Origin: Octopus bimaculoides | Taxonomy: Eukaryota | NCBI RefSeq assembly: GCF_001194135.2 | Contig: NC_068998.1 | Span: 20,392,210-20,456,209, forward strand | Direction: 5' to 3' | DNA: 64,000 nt | Shown: piece by piece, positions 13,213 through 26,500 of the stretch | Layout: each line of letters opens with the position of its first letter | How positions within the stretch are numbered: the first letter of the stretch is position 1 | Notes under the pieces: generated by a model | The model's database searches: none | The model's input: the letters and a program-made list of their open reading frames with translations, nothing else | What the model was told of the DNA's origin: nothing | Translations under genes and position numbers: made by a program

Positions 13213-14531
13213 TGCTATAAACTGTTTACTAACTTCTTTCTTTTTTTTTTTTCTTTTCTGGAAGTGTCGCAGAAGTGGTCTCACGAAGCTTCTTCCGGAA
13301 TTCCTCATGAGAAGTGTGTGAGGTCGGCTATGTTTCAATCTCGTGTGTGTTGGTATATCTGTGGCGCTGCTTCTAAGTTATGTGTTATACGTGCAGCTTC
13401 TTTTTTTAATTTTTTTTTTAATATTTATCCAAAAAAGAAGCACACTCTAAAGTATAGAGCAGTAATTTATTTACATGCAGTTAAATATATGTCCAGGTCA
13501 CTCTATGACCAGATATATATTTACCTGTAGTATTACATTTATGAATATATTTAAATGTAGAAAGATGATTGGCAACAGGTTTTTTTAAATTCCGTAGATG
13601 AAATGCCCATATAAAAATATTCTTTAGATCCTGCAGAAATTTTACATTGATAAACAACACTTTTAGTTCTGCAATTTCTGTTGAGAAAGCAAGTTTTATT
13701 CGAAACACAATTACAAGGCCTAATACTATTGATACTATTCAAGGAGAGATTATCATTATTAATAATATTGTTATTACAGTTATTAAATGAAACTCTTTTA
13801 CCATTAAGAATATAGTTGTTATGCAAGGATATAATCTGTAGGAGGTTATTAGTGCTGGAGAAACCAATTTGGATATGATGAGTGTTGAAAATAGAGTGGT
13901 ACCTGGAATTTTAGGGAAAGTTCCTTTCAATGGTTTGACAATATAGGTAAGGAAGGTTACTTTTAATTTGTTTTCCAAATGTAATAATAAACCAGTTTTA
14001 CTAGGATCATGCAATTTATAGGGAGATTTCTCATTAAAAAACCTGAAGTTTTTTTTATTGTTACAGAAAATGAGTGGAGAAATATAGTTACCTCCCTTAG
14101 ACTGTTTATTTTTTTTAATTTACCAAAATTGGGTTCTGGCTATTTCAATATAAGGAGTTATTATCTGGATTATTACCTATGGGAGAAGCATTATTATTAT
14201 TGTAAAGAATAAAAAGTTTTGAATGGTACAACAATGCACTATAATACAAAAAAATGGACTATATACTTGCTTTAGTTATCTAAAGTCCGATGATATTTCG
14301 GAATACAATTCCTTCTTCAGATCTTCTTAGATGGAGTCTCTGCTATAAACTGTTTACTAACTTCTTTCTTTTTTTTTTTTTTCTTTTCTGGAAGTGTCGC
14401 AGAAGTGGTCTCACGAAGCTTCTTCCGGAATTCCTCATGAGAAGTGCGTGAGGTCGGCTATGTTTCAATCTCGTGTGTGTTGGTATATCTGTGGCGCTGC
14501 TTCTAAGTTATGTGTTATACGTGCAGCTTCT
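13213..14531 (-). mobile_element. Penelope-like element relic: GIY-YIG endonuclease fragments between ~190-bp direct repeats
   Basis: RPCNCVSNKTCFLNRNCRTKSVVYQCKISAGSKEYFYMGISSTEFK and VANHLSTFKYIHKCNTTG match the Penelope EN 'CNC..CP...C...VVY...YIG.T..FK.R..H'. Near-identical direct repeats at 13213-13401 and 14341-14531. Confidence 0.85.
14296..14320 (-). ncRNA. Hammerhead ribozyme core motif (Penelope-associated)
   Basis: Minus strand CTGAAGA-AGGAAT-TGT-ATTCC-GAAA = CUGANGA, a GGAAU/AUUCC stem II and GAAA. Stems I and III are not convincingly formed. Confidence 0.55.
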
Positions 14532-14798
14532 CTTTTTTTTTTTTTTNNNNNNNNNNNNNNNNNNNNNNNNNNNNNNNNNNNNNNNNNNNNNNNNNNNNNN
14601 NNNNNNNNNNNNNNNNNNNNNNNNNNNNNNNNNNNNNNNNNNNNNNNNNNNNNNNNNNNNNNNNNNNNNNNNNNNNNNNNNNNNNNNNNNNNNNNNNNNN
14701 NNNNNNNNNNNNNNATATAGGGCAGGGAATTGCCAATTAGTAATAAAAATTAATAATTAACAATTTTGCCAAGTAGCCCTATATATTTATGATTATTT

Positions 14799-14851
<53 letters not shown>

Positions 14852-15264
14852 GATTATGTGTATGCATGGACGTTGATATTTGAAAGCCCTGTTTGTCTCT
14901 GCTTGAATGAAACATTTATTTGTTTGACTTCCTTTTTGACATTATAACCAGTCTCTCTGTGCTTTTGAAGACATGTGGACCTTACTTGAAAAATAAACAA
15001 GTGTTGGTGATAGGAAGAGAATTTGTAGGCTCATTGCTGCAAAACTAATTTGGGACAATACTTTGGCAGCAGTGGTTTGAGTTCAGAGAGCAAAGGAACA
15101 AAATGAATACAACAAGATGTTCTATTCAATGCTATCACAACAGACAATTCGCTACCTGTTTACATCTCAGTGGGTTGAGTCATTATAGAATTAAGTACCT
15201 TGACTAATATCTCAATATATTCAGTAGTATGCTAAGAATTCTTGACCTTTTGTCTGTTACTTCA

Positions 15265-15421
15265 CCAGGAGTGGTCCCAGGGATTTTTTTAAGGGAAGGT
15301 ACAAGGTCAGAAGGGTATATAATTCCAGGGGAAAAGGGTGTAATAAGATTATTTAGAAGGTCACACTTCTTTTCTTGAGGGGGCACATGCCCCTCAGGCA
15401 CCCCTTTGGGTCCACCCCTGT
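15265..15421 (-). mobile_element. Harbinger/PIF-type MITE
   Basis: Inverted ends CAGGAGTGGTCCCA / TGGGTCCACCCCTG with TCA on both flanks. Homologous to 18159-18327. Confidence 0.6.
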
Positions 15422-17947
15422 TCAGTAGCCTATCTATACAGTTATTTACATTCATGTTTCTCACTTTGTTGCTGAGGTTGTTTATTAACATTTCAGCCTG
15501 ATTGATCACAAATGTTTCAGCTGTGACCATGTCATCTTTTATTGAAACATAATATGCCTAGGTCTAGGACCATATTATCTAATACATTACTCTTAGTTTA
15601 AGATAGCCAGGCATGATTTGAGGAGATTGGCTGCTTTTATAGCTGGTCAATTGACAACATAAACACTCCCTAATTGGTTTGTGATTTTCTGTTATGCTGT
15701 TGGGTAGACTTAGGTCAACCTTCATTAAACAACTTATGATCAAAGACATTCTAACCATGGCCATAACATTTTTTAGGGGTTTCTAAAACTAAATTCAACA
15801 ATGTGTTCTAATCTCATTTGAGGCAACAGAATATGATATAGGAAAACAGCTGCTATTTCTAGTAGGTCAAGTGACTATGTAGAGGTTCCCTCACTTGCTT
15901 GTGTTTTTCTATATATATCATATGTAAATGTGGACCTTAGATAGATAAGACATAAACAAATTTTTTTTTAAACTGGTAACAATAATTAAACAATCCTTTG
16001 TATTTCTTATTTATATTATTTATAATTTCTACATTTACATACATCACATTAAACGATATTCTTTGAACATTCCTAGCTAAATAATTAATCAATTGTTTAT
16101 ATTGAACTGGTTAATTAAAGTCCAGAGTTAGATTCAATCAAAGAGTTTAAATATCTAATTGTTTAAGATATTGGACTATCAGCACATGTGTCTTTGACTT
16201 TAATTCTTTGTATCTAGACAAACAGGACATTTGATTACACATGTTTTACTTTACCTACTTCTTGGATGAAAGTACCATTTTTTTTAGGTAATGGCACTTC
16301 ATTGCTCAGAATTAGGGGAGTGCTTTTGAAGATGAATACATATTACAAACAAATAATTCGGATATGTTTGTCTTTAATCTTTTACTTGTTTTGATCATTG
16401 AACTGTGGCCATGCTAGGGCACCACCTTGAAGGCTTATTCAAACAAATTGGCCTCAGTACTTACCTTTTTAAGTTTGGTACTTATTCTGCCAGTCTCTTT
16501 TGCTGAACTGCTAGGTTCAGCAAAATACATCATCGATTGTCAAACAAGGGAATGGACAAACACAAACACACATATACATAATGTATATATATTAATCAAA
16601 GTGTACAGTATTATATATCCATTACAGCCAAACTTACCAATCAGTTTCGCACTAGGGGTTCAATGGAATGTTAGATAGCAGCCCAATTATCTAACCTTGC
16701 GCTCTTCAGAGATAGCAGGTATGGCTTCCACACAGTTTCTGTCTACCAAATTCATAAATTTTATCTATCAAATTCATAAATTCATTCATAAATCATTGGG
16801 CAGCCCAGGGCTATAATAGAAGACACTTGTTCAAAGTGCCTTGTAGTGGGATTGAACCTGAAATCATATGGTTGTGAAGCAAGCTTCATATTCACACAGT
16901 CATGCCTACATCAGTTATTTTTACAAGAGGACATATAAATTTCACACATACATAAAGGACAAGAACAACTTAATCAATTTACTTACATTGCTCAAGTAAC
17001 ACTATTTAACATTTATACTTCCCACACTATAATATCACATACAGTAATCTAAATATTCTGCTGTTTTCCGTGTTCAGTATTATATTCTTGGGTAGCTTAT
17101 ATTTATAATATTACTCTATGTCTTTCATTTTTACTGTAATGAGAGAAGGCAAAGCTCCATCAAACTCCAGTATTTTGGGGGGAGGAGTTAAGCTGATTAT
17201 CTTATCGATAAAAGGCAGATTTTCTCTCTCTCTGTGTGTGTGTGTGTGTATGTTTAAAATTCATACATTTACACAATTCCAAATTTCTTGGAACCCCAGT
17301 GCTTCACTGATACTTAGTTCATCGACCCCAAAAAGATGAAAGGCAAAGTCGACCTCGTAGGAATTTGAACTCGTAATAATAACAACTATTTGAAATAATA
17401 ATTGTTTCAGAAAGCCAGCGGAATAGTTGATTACATCGACCTCATTACTGAGCAGTACTTTATTTCATCAACCTCAAAAGCTAAAGTTAACCCCAAATAA
17501 TTATTTCTCTATTTAACACAAGAACAACACAAAATAAAAACAGGACAACACCGCTGCAAAGTAAGATAAATAAGTAAAAAGAGGACTGCGTTGTGACATT
17601 AGCTTATGTATAAAATGGAAAAAATATAATATTAAAAAATAATAGAGATTAATAAGTGGCAATAATTTCAAGAAAATTAATTGATATTAATAGGTGGATA
17701 TTCGTATATTATCCTGTGTACTTGGCTGCATCCGAAAAGAATAGATAACCACGTTAGCCGAAGTTACACTGTGACAAAAAAATTTTGAGTCTAAGGGAAG
17801 CAACTCTTACTCTTTTGTTAGACGGAAAGTATTTTACTTTACCGAAGGTTTTCAAAGATGTTTTACTTTAACAATCACATGGAAACAGTGAGTCCATACT
17901 AGGTTGTGACTTTATTTTTAAGTGTGGAACTTACAAGTCCTTATAAG

Positions 17948-18155
17948 TCAGACAGCCTTATAGTCCCAGCAGACAAAAGAAAAAGGTGTTGTCCTGGAGG
18001 ATGGCGAGGGAGTTGCGTGCACTGGAATAGTCACTCTGACTCACAGGGCCCGCACTTGCGGCCAGCCACTTCCGTCCCGATAGCGGTGAGCAAAGATATG
18101 GTCCAGGGGTCAAGAACGCCGGAGGTCTCCACTATCACAGGTATGACCAAGGACC
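17948..18155. repeat. GC-rich diverged duplicated segment, copy 1 (copy 2 at ~19014-19215)
   Basis: Shared blocks include TCCCAGCAGACAAAA, TGCACTGGAA, CACTCTGACT, CGCACTTGC, GATATGGTCC and GAGGTCTC. Confidence 0.75.
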
Positions 18156-18158
18156 TAA

Positions 18159-18327
18159 GCAGGGGTGGACCCAAGGGAGCGGTTGGTGGGGACTGAGGGG
18201 CACGTCCCTCCACTCAAGAAATGAAGTGCACCCTTCTAAATAATGTTATTACGCCCTTTTCTCCTGGAATTGTATTCCCTTCTGTCCTTGTGCCCTCCCT
18301 TTAAAATGTTCCCGGGACCACACTTGC
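18159..18327 (+). mobile_element. Harbinger/PIF-type MITE
   Basis: C-TAA|GCAGGGGTGG...CCACACTTGC|TAA-G: terminal inverted repeats with a TAA target duplication (alternatively read as 5-bp CTAAG). Confidence 0.65.
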
Positions 18328-19013
18328 TAAGAAAAAAAAAAGATTATTTGAGAAAACAGCGCTATTTAAACTTATATATGACTGAGGTTAAGAAGCCGGC
18401 CCTGCAACCAGGTGATTTTGGATTCAGTCCTTCAGTGCAACACCTAGGGCAAATGTCTTCTACTAAAGTCCCGAGCCCAATGCCTTGTGAGTGAATTTGG
18501 TAGACGAAAACTGTTTGGAAGCCCGTCATCTGTGTGTGAGTGTGTATGCGTGTGCGTGCGCGTGTTTTAATCTCATGGCCTTTGAAAGAACTTTCTGGAG
18601 ACATTACTTTATCAGGCCAACCTCCCGTGTTTTTGAATTTGTTAGTTCAATCTCCTGTGATGTGTCAGTGGCCATTGACATCTGAAGAATCAAAACAAAT
18701 CCTGACGTCATAGCCTCTTGATACTGGACGATCCTGTGGAGTTTCATCTTCTTCACGTCACACCTATGTCAGTAGTTGTAAGTTTTATACATAATGACAT
18801 TGTTACTGAAACTTGAAATTAATGAATGCTGAATACAGTTACGTATAACTAATGAAATATTTCGCCTAATATAACAGAAATGAGCGTGCATTTATGCAAC
18901 TCATTTGTTGAAAACTGGAAGTCATGGTGGGTATGATGAAGGGTTTTGTTAGATACAGACTAACTACGGGTAGTAAACTACGAAACCCTTATATTCTCTC
19001 GATTTTCTGCAAT

Positions 19014-19215
19014 TCAGACGGCCTCATGATCCCAGCAGACAAAATGGAAAAGGGGTAAGCGTTTCCCCGGAGGAAGGCGAGAGAAATGCACTGGAAGAGC
19101 CACTCTGACTAATGGGGATCGCACTTGCAGGTAGCTACCTCCACCTCCATAGCAATAATCAGGGATATGGTCCTGGGGGCGGTCCAGAGGTCTCTACTGC
19201 CACAGGCTCGACCAT
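19014..19215. repeat. GC-rich diverged duplicated segment, copy 2
   Basis: Colinear homology with 17948-18155. Confidence 0.75.
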
Positions 19216-22200
19216 TAACCCGTCTGAGAGCGACGGATACTTTGACCGTTTGCTCTTCCCAACTAGACGTCAAAGTCAAGGTTGAATCAAGGATCATTGC
19301 CCCAAATCTAATTATTATAATATATTCTTGTCACACGCTGATACTGTATGTTTTGGCATAGACAAAACATATAATTGCTTCATGAACTCCTTGTACAACA
19401 CAACAACATCATCCTCATAAAACACATAGAGTCTACGATTGTCTAGTTGTAGGCTACTGTCATTTATATATTGCAAAGGCAAATTTATGTGTCGTTTTCG
19501 TTTTATTATGAGGGTGTTGTTTCATTGCTTCCTATTAAGTTCGTTTAGAAAAGCAATCATAGATATTTTTCTGATTAGGGATGCCATAAAAAAAAAACAC
19601 TAAGAAGAAACTATTTGGATGGAACAGAGAGAAAAGGAGAGAAGTTGCGAATCGAAAGAAAGAATCGTCAAAATGTCAAAGATTGAACGCCAACGTTTCA
19701 TTCGGCAAACACACGAGGTCTACTGCCCTAGAGGTGGAACTCTCTGAAGACTTACTAGCTACCAACACCCCAGGAGATGCAGATGGTGCCCGAGCTGTTA
19801 TAGTTGCTCTTGAAGTGGAAACTTCTAAAGGTGCAGGGGCCGGTGACAGCACTCAAGCTGCTGCAGATGCACAGGGTGTGGAAGTGGGTCCCCTAGAAAA
19901 CGTAACCCCTTCTGTAAACGATAGTCCAGAGGAAGAGGATGACAACGTAAAACTATGTGCGATCATTGACTAATCTATAGAATACCCAACAGATTCACAC
20001 CTGCTTTGTGAATTCCGAGTTCAAATTCCGCTGAGGTCGTCTTTGCTTTCATCCTTTCGGGGCCGATAAAATAAGTACCAGTTGAGTACTGGAGTCTATT
20101 CAGTCAACGTACCACTTCGCCTGATATTGCCTTAAGCCAAAATTTGAAATCAATATTGTGTACTTAGCCTGACTTCGGCACCTTCCATTACACACCAGAA
20201 TATATAGTCTCACATTATATAAATGTTACAAGACAGCACATATAATGTACATTTGAGACCTCAAAGCTATTTTTACACAGACCACCAGAAATTTCCAGTC
20301 ACATACACATATATACATTTTCCACAAACGTGAAACACACGAATTCTCTTCCTAAAATTAATCACTGTACTTTTAACACACTGGAGTTCATTTACGTGAC
20401 ATACATTTTCGAATTGCAATATAATTGAATGTCAATGTAAGGGACATAATTTAAATATCATAGAGTTATAACCCTAAGCACCACCTCTTTTGTTTTCGAT
20501 ATGATAGTCCATACAAGTTGTTAGCTGATATATATCCGAGTGTTTGTTGGTGGCTTATCTGGCATTTGAATGTTATGAGGTCTTTCACTATTTTGATTTT
20601 GAATTTTTTTTTCTGCAGGATAATGTTAAATAAAGCTGGGCAGTTGTGTAAAAAAAAAACAAAAAAACATGTGCTGCAATGTTATGTGTGCTCGGTTATT
20701 GGCCTGGATAACTTGTAAACTTATTTGGACAATATTTATAGGACATTTTCCACATTGAACAAATGAAAACGCTCACTGTGACGTTAGGAAGAATAGAGTT
20801 TGAATATTTGAGGCCATCCCAATAAGCAAAGCTTGACATATCATTTATTTATTTGCTATCGACCTCTAGATACTCCAGTTCTCATAAAGTATTGTATGGA
20901 TAAACATTTTTTTTTCTTTACCTAAGTGTGTATGAGCTCAAATTTTTACTTGCACATAATCACTTGATAACTTTCTGGAATGTGGGATCATTTGCAAAGA
21001 TTTCTATTTTACTACTAGCATACTCTCTTTGACAAGTTTCTAGAAGATTGTCGAAGGTCACTAACTTTACGTTGGAATATTTGTAAGGACAGAAGTAATT
21101 GCGAAAACTCATGAAGCGTGGTCCTTTCTTCCCGCTTCTTACAAATGGAAAACCAAATGAAACCATGTAGCAAAATGATTCTTGCTAAATCCATTTGTTA
21201 ATTTCTTCCTCTACGTCGCAACATTGGTTGAGTCCTGTGTTTTGATTGATTGAATATTGCTTAGGATTTGGATCTTCGATCCAATCACGTTGCGTGTAAT
21301 ACATTTTCACACAACTAATCTGAATGTACTCTGGAGCCTACCCCTTTCTATAAATTGGGGTAACAAATCATCTATGAGCAGAGTGGTGAGCCATTTTCTT
21401 GAAGGCGAATCGTGTTATTTTCCTGCTGTTATCCACCATACCAAAACTGATATAACGAAGCACATGTGACCAAGACAGCCTGAGCTGAATTATCCAAACA
21501 ATGGATGAACTATATAAACACCATTATTCGTACTGATTTTATTTTGTCCACTGCATTATTTAACGGAGGAATAAGTTTCGCTGTTATTTTTAAAGTTCGT
21601 TTCTTGTATTCTTTCCACAAGCGAACACGCAACATATATTATATAATGGTAAGCAAGTTTCAGATCTAGTCTGTCTCATTCACAAAATCAGCATTTTTTT
21701 TTAAAAAGGAAGTAAAAAATCTGGAAACTGGTTATATTGATGCAGTTTTCCACGCTTATTATTATGAAACCAAGAACTTGTGGAGAAAAAATTTGACGAA
21801 AAAGTTACAGACGTTTAAAAATCGAAAAAAAAAAAAACTGTATTTTTAGCCAATAATGAGACAAATTTTCCGCGTTGTAGCGGTGTCAACTTTAAGGTTG
21901 TACCCTGTGAAATTTATAGCTTAGCGCCTGTTTCTTTTGTTTCTTCATTGATTTCTATAGTGTTTTGTATGTTTTTATTTTTTTTTTAAATTTATATATG
22001 CGCATGTAGATGTATGTATTCATATATAAGTTTATAGATGACAGAAAATGGAGAAATATAGATGAACGTCAATTATCATTTATTAATTCAATACAAATAG
22101 ACTGCATCCCTTCTAACAACTGTTTCTGCTTCCAATGTTGTATGGTATTGGCATTGATTTGCTAAAATATTTATCATATTTGGGAATAAAACCGATCTGA

Positions 22201-23969
22201 AACCTGGATCTTCATCAGAGTGATGAATAGATAAAAAAAGAGGAATATAGAGAAGAAATAGGGAAAAGTTGAATATGGTTGTAATCTTACTTTTTTGTTT
22301 GTGTATCTCTTTGGGACGTTAAGTAAATGACTAAACCAAAAATAGCAATTGGTGGATTAATCCTTTATACGGTGGAGACAGGATGGATAAATAAATGAAT
22401 AAAACAACAAATAACAGTGGGATACACCAATAAGTTTTAGTCGGGGGAGTCCAACGTTCGATGTAATTGGTCAGATGAAATTTAAAAATAAAAGGCCAGC
22501 TATTGAGACCGTTATAAAATAAATAAATGAATGGGAAAATAGTGTATGTTCTGAGGGGCCCTAAAACGCTTAAGATAGTAAATACTAGATTAAAAACATA
22601 GTAAAAATATTACAGAATAAATATTGAGAGGAACTTATTCGGGCATGTAGGGAGTAAGGCGGTTGGGGTTGAAAATGGTCCAAAAGTTTGTAAGAGGAAT
22701 GTGAAATTAGTAAAAACAATGAAACCAATTTATTCCGTAAGAAAATTAGGGAAATATTTGTGGTTTAGGGAAGGTAATAACTAGGGCAAATGGTCTAAAT
22801 TTGGGACTACTGGTCTGCCATCCAGTGCACAGTAATTAGTGAGCTGACTAACCCAACACACAGCTAATTGCCTAAACAATCTATAAATCAGTTAGCCTAA
22901 TGGTCAATTAAATAAGTAAAAGTAGATATCACTTATTAAATTAATGATTACAATTTAAAGTTAAAATTAAAATACTTGCACATTGTTTTCACAGATGTAA
23001 GCTCTTACTACAAATTGCTAATACACATTCATACACAAGAAACAATTCAACATACATATACATGCGTATGTATACACTCATATATATATATATATATATT
23101 TCTATATATATACACCTATGTACACTCACATACAAGCATGCACACTCGCATATAGCATCCATCCTCTCAAGTACGCACACGTCTATATACCCAAACAATT
23201 ATAATATATATTATATTTTTATATTAACCCATACGTGGGTACATACGTTTGCCAGTTTCGACAATTGGTCCCCCATGCAAGTATTAATACACACAATAAC
23301 GATATTAATAGCACGTAGAAAAGTGCCAACTGCAAAACAAAGATCAAGCAAATACATAACTAAACGGGGGTGTAGGGTGTAAGGTTAGTATTAAAGTGTT
23401 AAATAATTATTTTGTTGTGCGGTGGGGGGGGGNNNNNNNNNNAAATGCGTAAATCCAATAGGAAGTCCCAATTAAATAGAAGTAGACCAATACTGACTTA
23501 GAAAAATTAAAGTGAAACAAACCAACGAGTATGGGATGGTAAAGTATGTTACAAAATACAGACAAATTCATTCATTATTATGGTGGAGGATCAAGATACT
23601 ATTAAGGGGTGAGGTATGGTTGAAGAATGGACACTTGTGCACTCTATAGTCTAAATTTATGTTAAGAGTTCAGAGAACTGGCATTATATGATTATAAGTG
23701 GGTGTAAAGGTTATATTTAGGAGTAGTAAACTGATGCAATATAATATAATTTAGTTATTGTGTGTGTGAGAAGGGTCTTAAAACTCAGATGGGTTTAGCG
23801 TAAGGATATTAATACTGGATTAGCTAAAAGGGGCCGAGGTAAGTAAATCTATTAATCAAACTTTAATTGCAAGTTGTTTATGCCAACATTAAGAAATGAA
23901 TTCTACTAGTTCTATGGTAAAGAACTATGGGTACCATTAGTGGAGAGGATGCATATTAGATGCCTTAAT

Positions 23970-24280
23970 TCATTTATATCTAGAGAAAGCAAATTTCACC
24001 TTGTGCAGGCAGGATTTATCTCCCTCTTCCCTTATGTTGAGTAGTGGGAGTCTAGACTTTAATAAGAAAAGTTTTTCATTGATGCACAAGTGGCATTTCT
24101 TATTTTTTACATTGTACGAAGGTGCAGAAGCAAGGAATTTCCATTCTGTATCAAAACTAATATCTTTAATATTTAAGCTCTCAAATATATTACTTAATCC
24201 GGTCGATCTAATCTTATTTCTATTTCTGAAAGTGTGTAGGTGCGCAGCTAATCTTCATTTCATTTTGGGTAGCCCTTATA
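23970..24280 (-). mobile_element. Penelope-like GIY-YIG endonuclease C-terminal fragment, probably followed by a long 3' UTR down to ~22150
   Basis: CIRATQNEMK(fs)RLAAHLHTFRNRNKIRSTGLSNIFESLNIKDISFDTEWKFLASAPSYNVKNKKCHLCINEKLFLLKSRLPLLNIREEGDKSCLHKVKFAFSRYK* shows the classic 'W.....Y....K.C.LC..EK..I....LLN.R.E....C.H' tail. It is not in the supplied ORF track. Confidence 0.88.
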
Positions 24281-25899
24281 CACACACACACACACACATA
24301 TATATGCTTACTAGACTGACTGTGCACTGGTAAAGTACATTTTTTCTTTTACAAGTGTCATTAAGGGCGCAATTCTATTTATTTCTGAAGTCGCATGGGT
24401 TGTGTTGTGGGAGACAGTTACTTACTACTGGATTTGTGTATATTGATGGATTATTGATAGGTGTATTATGATTAATAGGGTTATTAGAGTTGTTGGTATT
24501 ATCATTACTATGTTTGGGGTGGTTATTGAGATTGTTATTATTATCATTATTGTTACTTCTATCTAAATAAAAAGTTTCAAGTTATTTTATTATTTAGGGA
24601 AGAAATGATGTTGGCTAAGTTATGTATCAGACTATAGCCTATCTTTATTGTTTTACTATTAATAATTTTCGAGTACCTGCTATTCTTAAAGTGTTTATTT
24701 ATAGTTTTGAATATAGATCTGACTAAATTAGTTTTAATTTGCATAGCATACGGGAGTATAAGCCAATTATTATTTTTTGTATTTTTTGTCTTTCCAATAT
24801 TCCTACCATACGACCCAACTTTATTGCTGTTCGAGTGATTTTAGGAAAATGTTACAGAGATTTAAATTTTGGTTATTTTTACTCAATCAGAAAACAGGAT
24901 TTCGAAGTTGGCAATTTCTGCGTGATAACTTTCATTAAACAAAATGGTAGCAACATATTACGACGATTACGTGAAACATTGGAACAAGCAATATAAAACG
25001 GAAAAATCCCGAAATGCGTAAACATACGAAGAAACAAACTGTACGTTAAATTACAAGGAAAAATCTCTACGAGTAATAGCGGAACTTCAAAAACGAAAGT
25101 TTAAAATAACTCTAGGGTTAGTCGGTCCGACCAGTGAATGGCCTGGGGTTAATCAATTAGTAACATATTTTTAGTGAACATTTTTCTAGAATTTTTCTGG
25201 AACGATTGAATAACAGAATCAGATTCAGCGTGAAAACTTACATCAATATATCAAATTTGAAAAAAGAAAAAAATTTAATACATTTTACCTAAAATTCTTC
25301 TGAAGCAAGAGAATAACAAGTGATTCAGCGTGAAGATTTACCTCAATAAACCTAATTTGAAAATTTTCACTAAATTTTAAAATTTCAAAAAGTGAAAGCC
25401 AAACAGAAAGGATCCTTTATACGTAGTAAATGAAACAAATCTTAATTCATAACATCTGTTAAGGTAAGTTTACATAAATGTGTTTCTAAGAATGCACGTA
25501 ATTATCTTTGCGTTTTACAGAATTGGATGACTTGTACTGCAGAAAGTATTCATATGTAAGAAATTAGCTTCCTAGATTCTAATCAGGATTCGAAACCGAA
25601 TCTACATTTTTCTACCAGTTTCATTTCTATTCTTCTCGGCTTTTTCACTTTGAAATTTATGAGAATCAACTGTTAAACTTCGGTAAGTTCTATTGCTTAA
25701 GTTGACATTCTTGGGTTAGATACAGTTCAACATAGATAAACTATTTTACTTCACATTCTTCTTTGACCTACATCCAGCTTTGTAACATGTTTAAATACAG
25801 TACCAAAATTCAGTTCTGACTTTTCTTCACTTGGCCGACCATCGAAGAGCACCCCTTTATCTTTTACTTATGAGTTGTCAAGGAGGGAGCATATAACTT

Positions 25900-26500
25900 T
25901 CACCCTCTCTGCTTGTTAGTCCAGAGTGGTAGAGTCTCTTACTCTCTCTCCTTTTCCACCCGTCTTCTAGCAACCAACAAAAGAAGTTAACTACCTACAG
26001 AATGGATGACAGAACATCAACTCGAAGTATCTTCCATTGTTACGATGAAAATAAAGGGCCAACGTCGCTTCTTCATCATGGAATAGCTCCTGGTTTTCTC
26101 ACCAAATTAGCGCCGTAAACATCTGACTCATATTAAGCTCTCAACGTTGACCACATCATGAACATCTTATTTCCTTTTCGTCAGCTTCACCTTGCGAGCA
26201 CCTTTTCAGTTAGTCTTTATGTACACAACTCTACATATATCATGAGTGGTTTATTTCCATCTCAGCTAGCTTCGTTTGTGCTAGCTTTTTACGGTTAACA
26301 ACTAAATCATTCGTTCAATCGTAAATTTTATCGCTTTCCTTTGACTCCTATACACACGCCGGCTTCGCTCATGACTTATCAGCTCTCATTCCTATTTTAA
26401 AGTTACAATGTATTGTTTAAAAACTGCCTTCTGATATTCATTTACACATACTTCTCAAAAGCGCATTTAATGGACTTTGTCACGAACACTTTCATACTTT
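25900..26500 (-). mobile_element. Highly degraded LINE-like fragment
   Basis: Minus-strand 'WPFIFIVTMED' resembles the RT motif PLLFIIVME, in a purine-rich sense strand. The match is very weak. Confidence 0.25.

Noticed and set aside
15204-15530. 108-aa ORF as a gene or Penelope N-terminus
   Set aside because: Its distinctive middle part is a MITE also present at 18159-18327, so the ORF is coincidental.
22200-24700. Nuclear mitochondrial insertion (strand-skewed AT-rich DNA)
   Set aside because: No mitochondrial protein, tRNA or rRNA motif was recognised. The adjacent minus-strand frame is a Penelope endonuclease tail.
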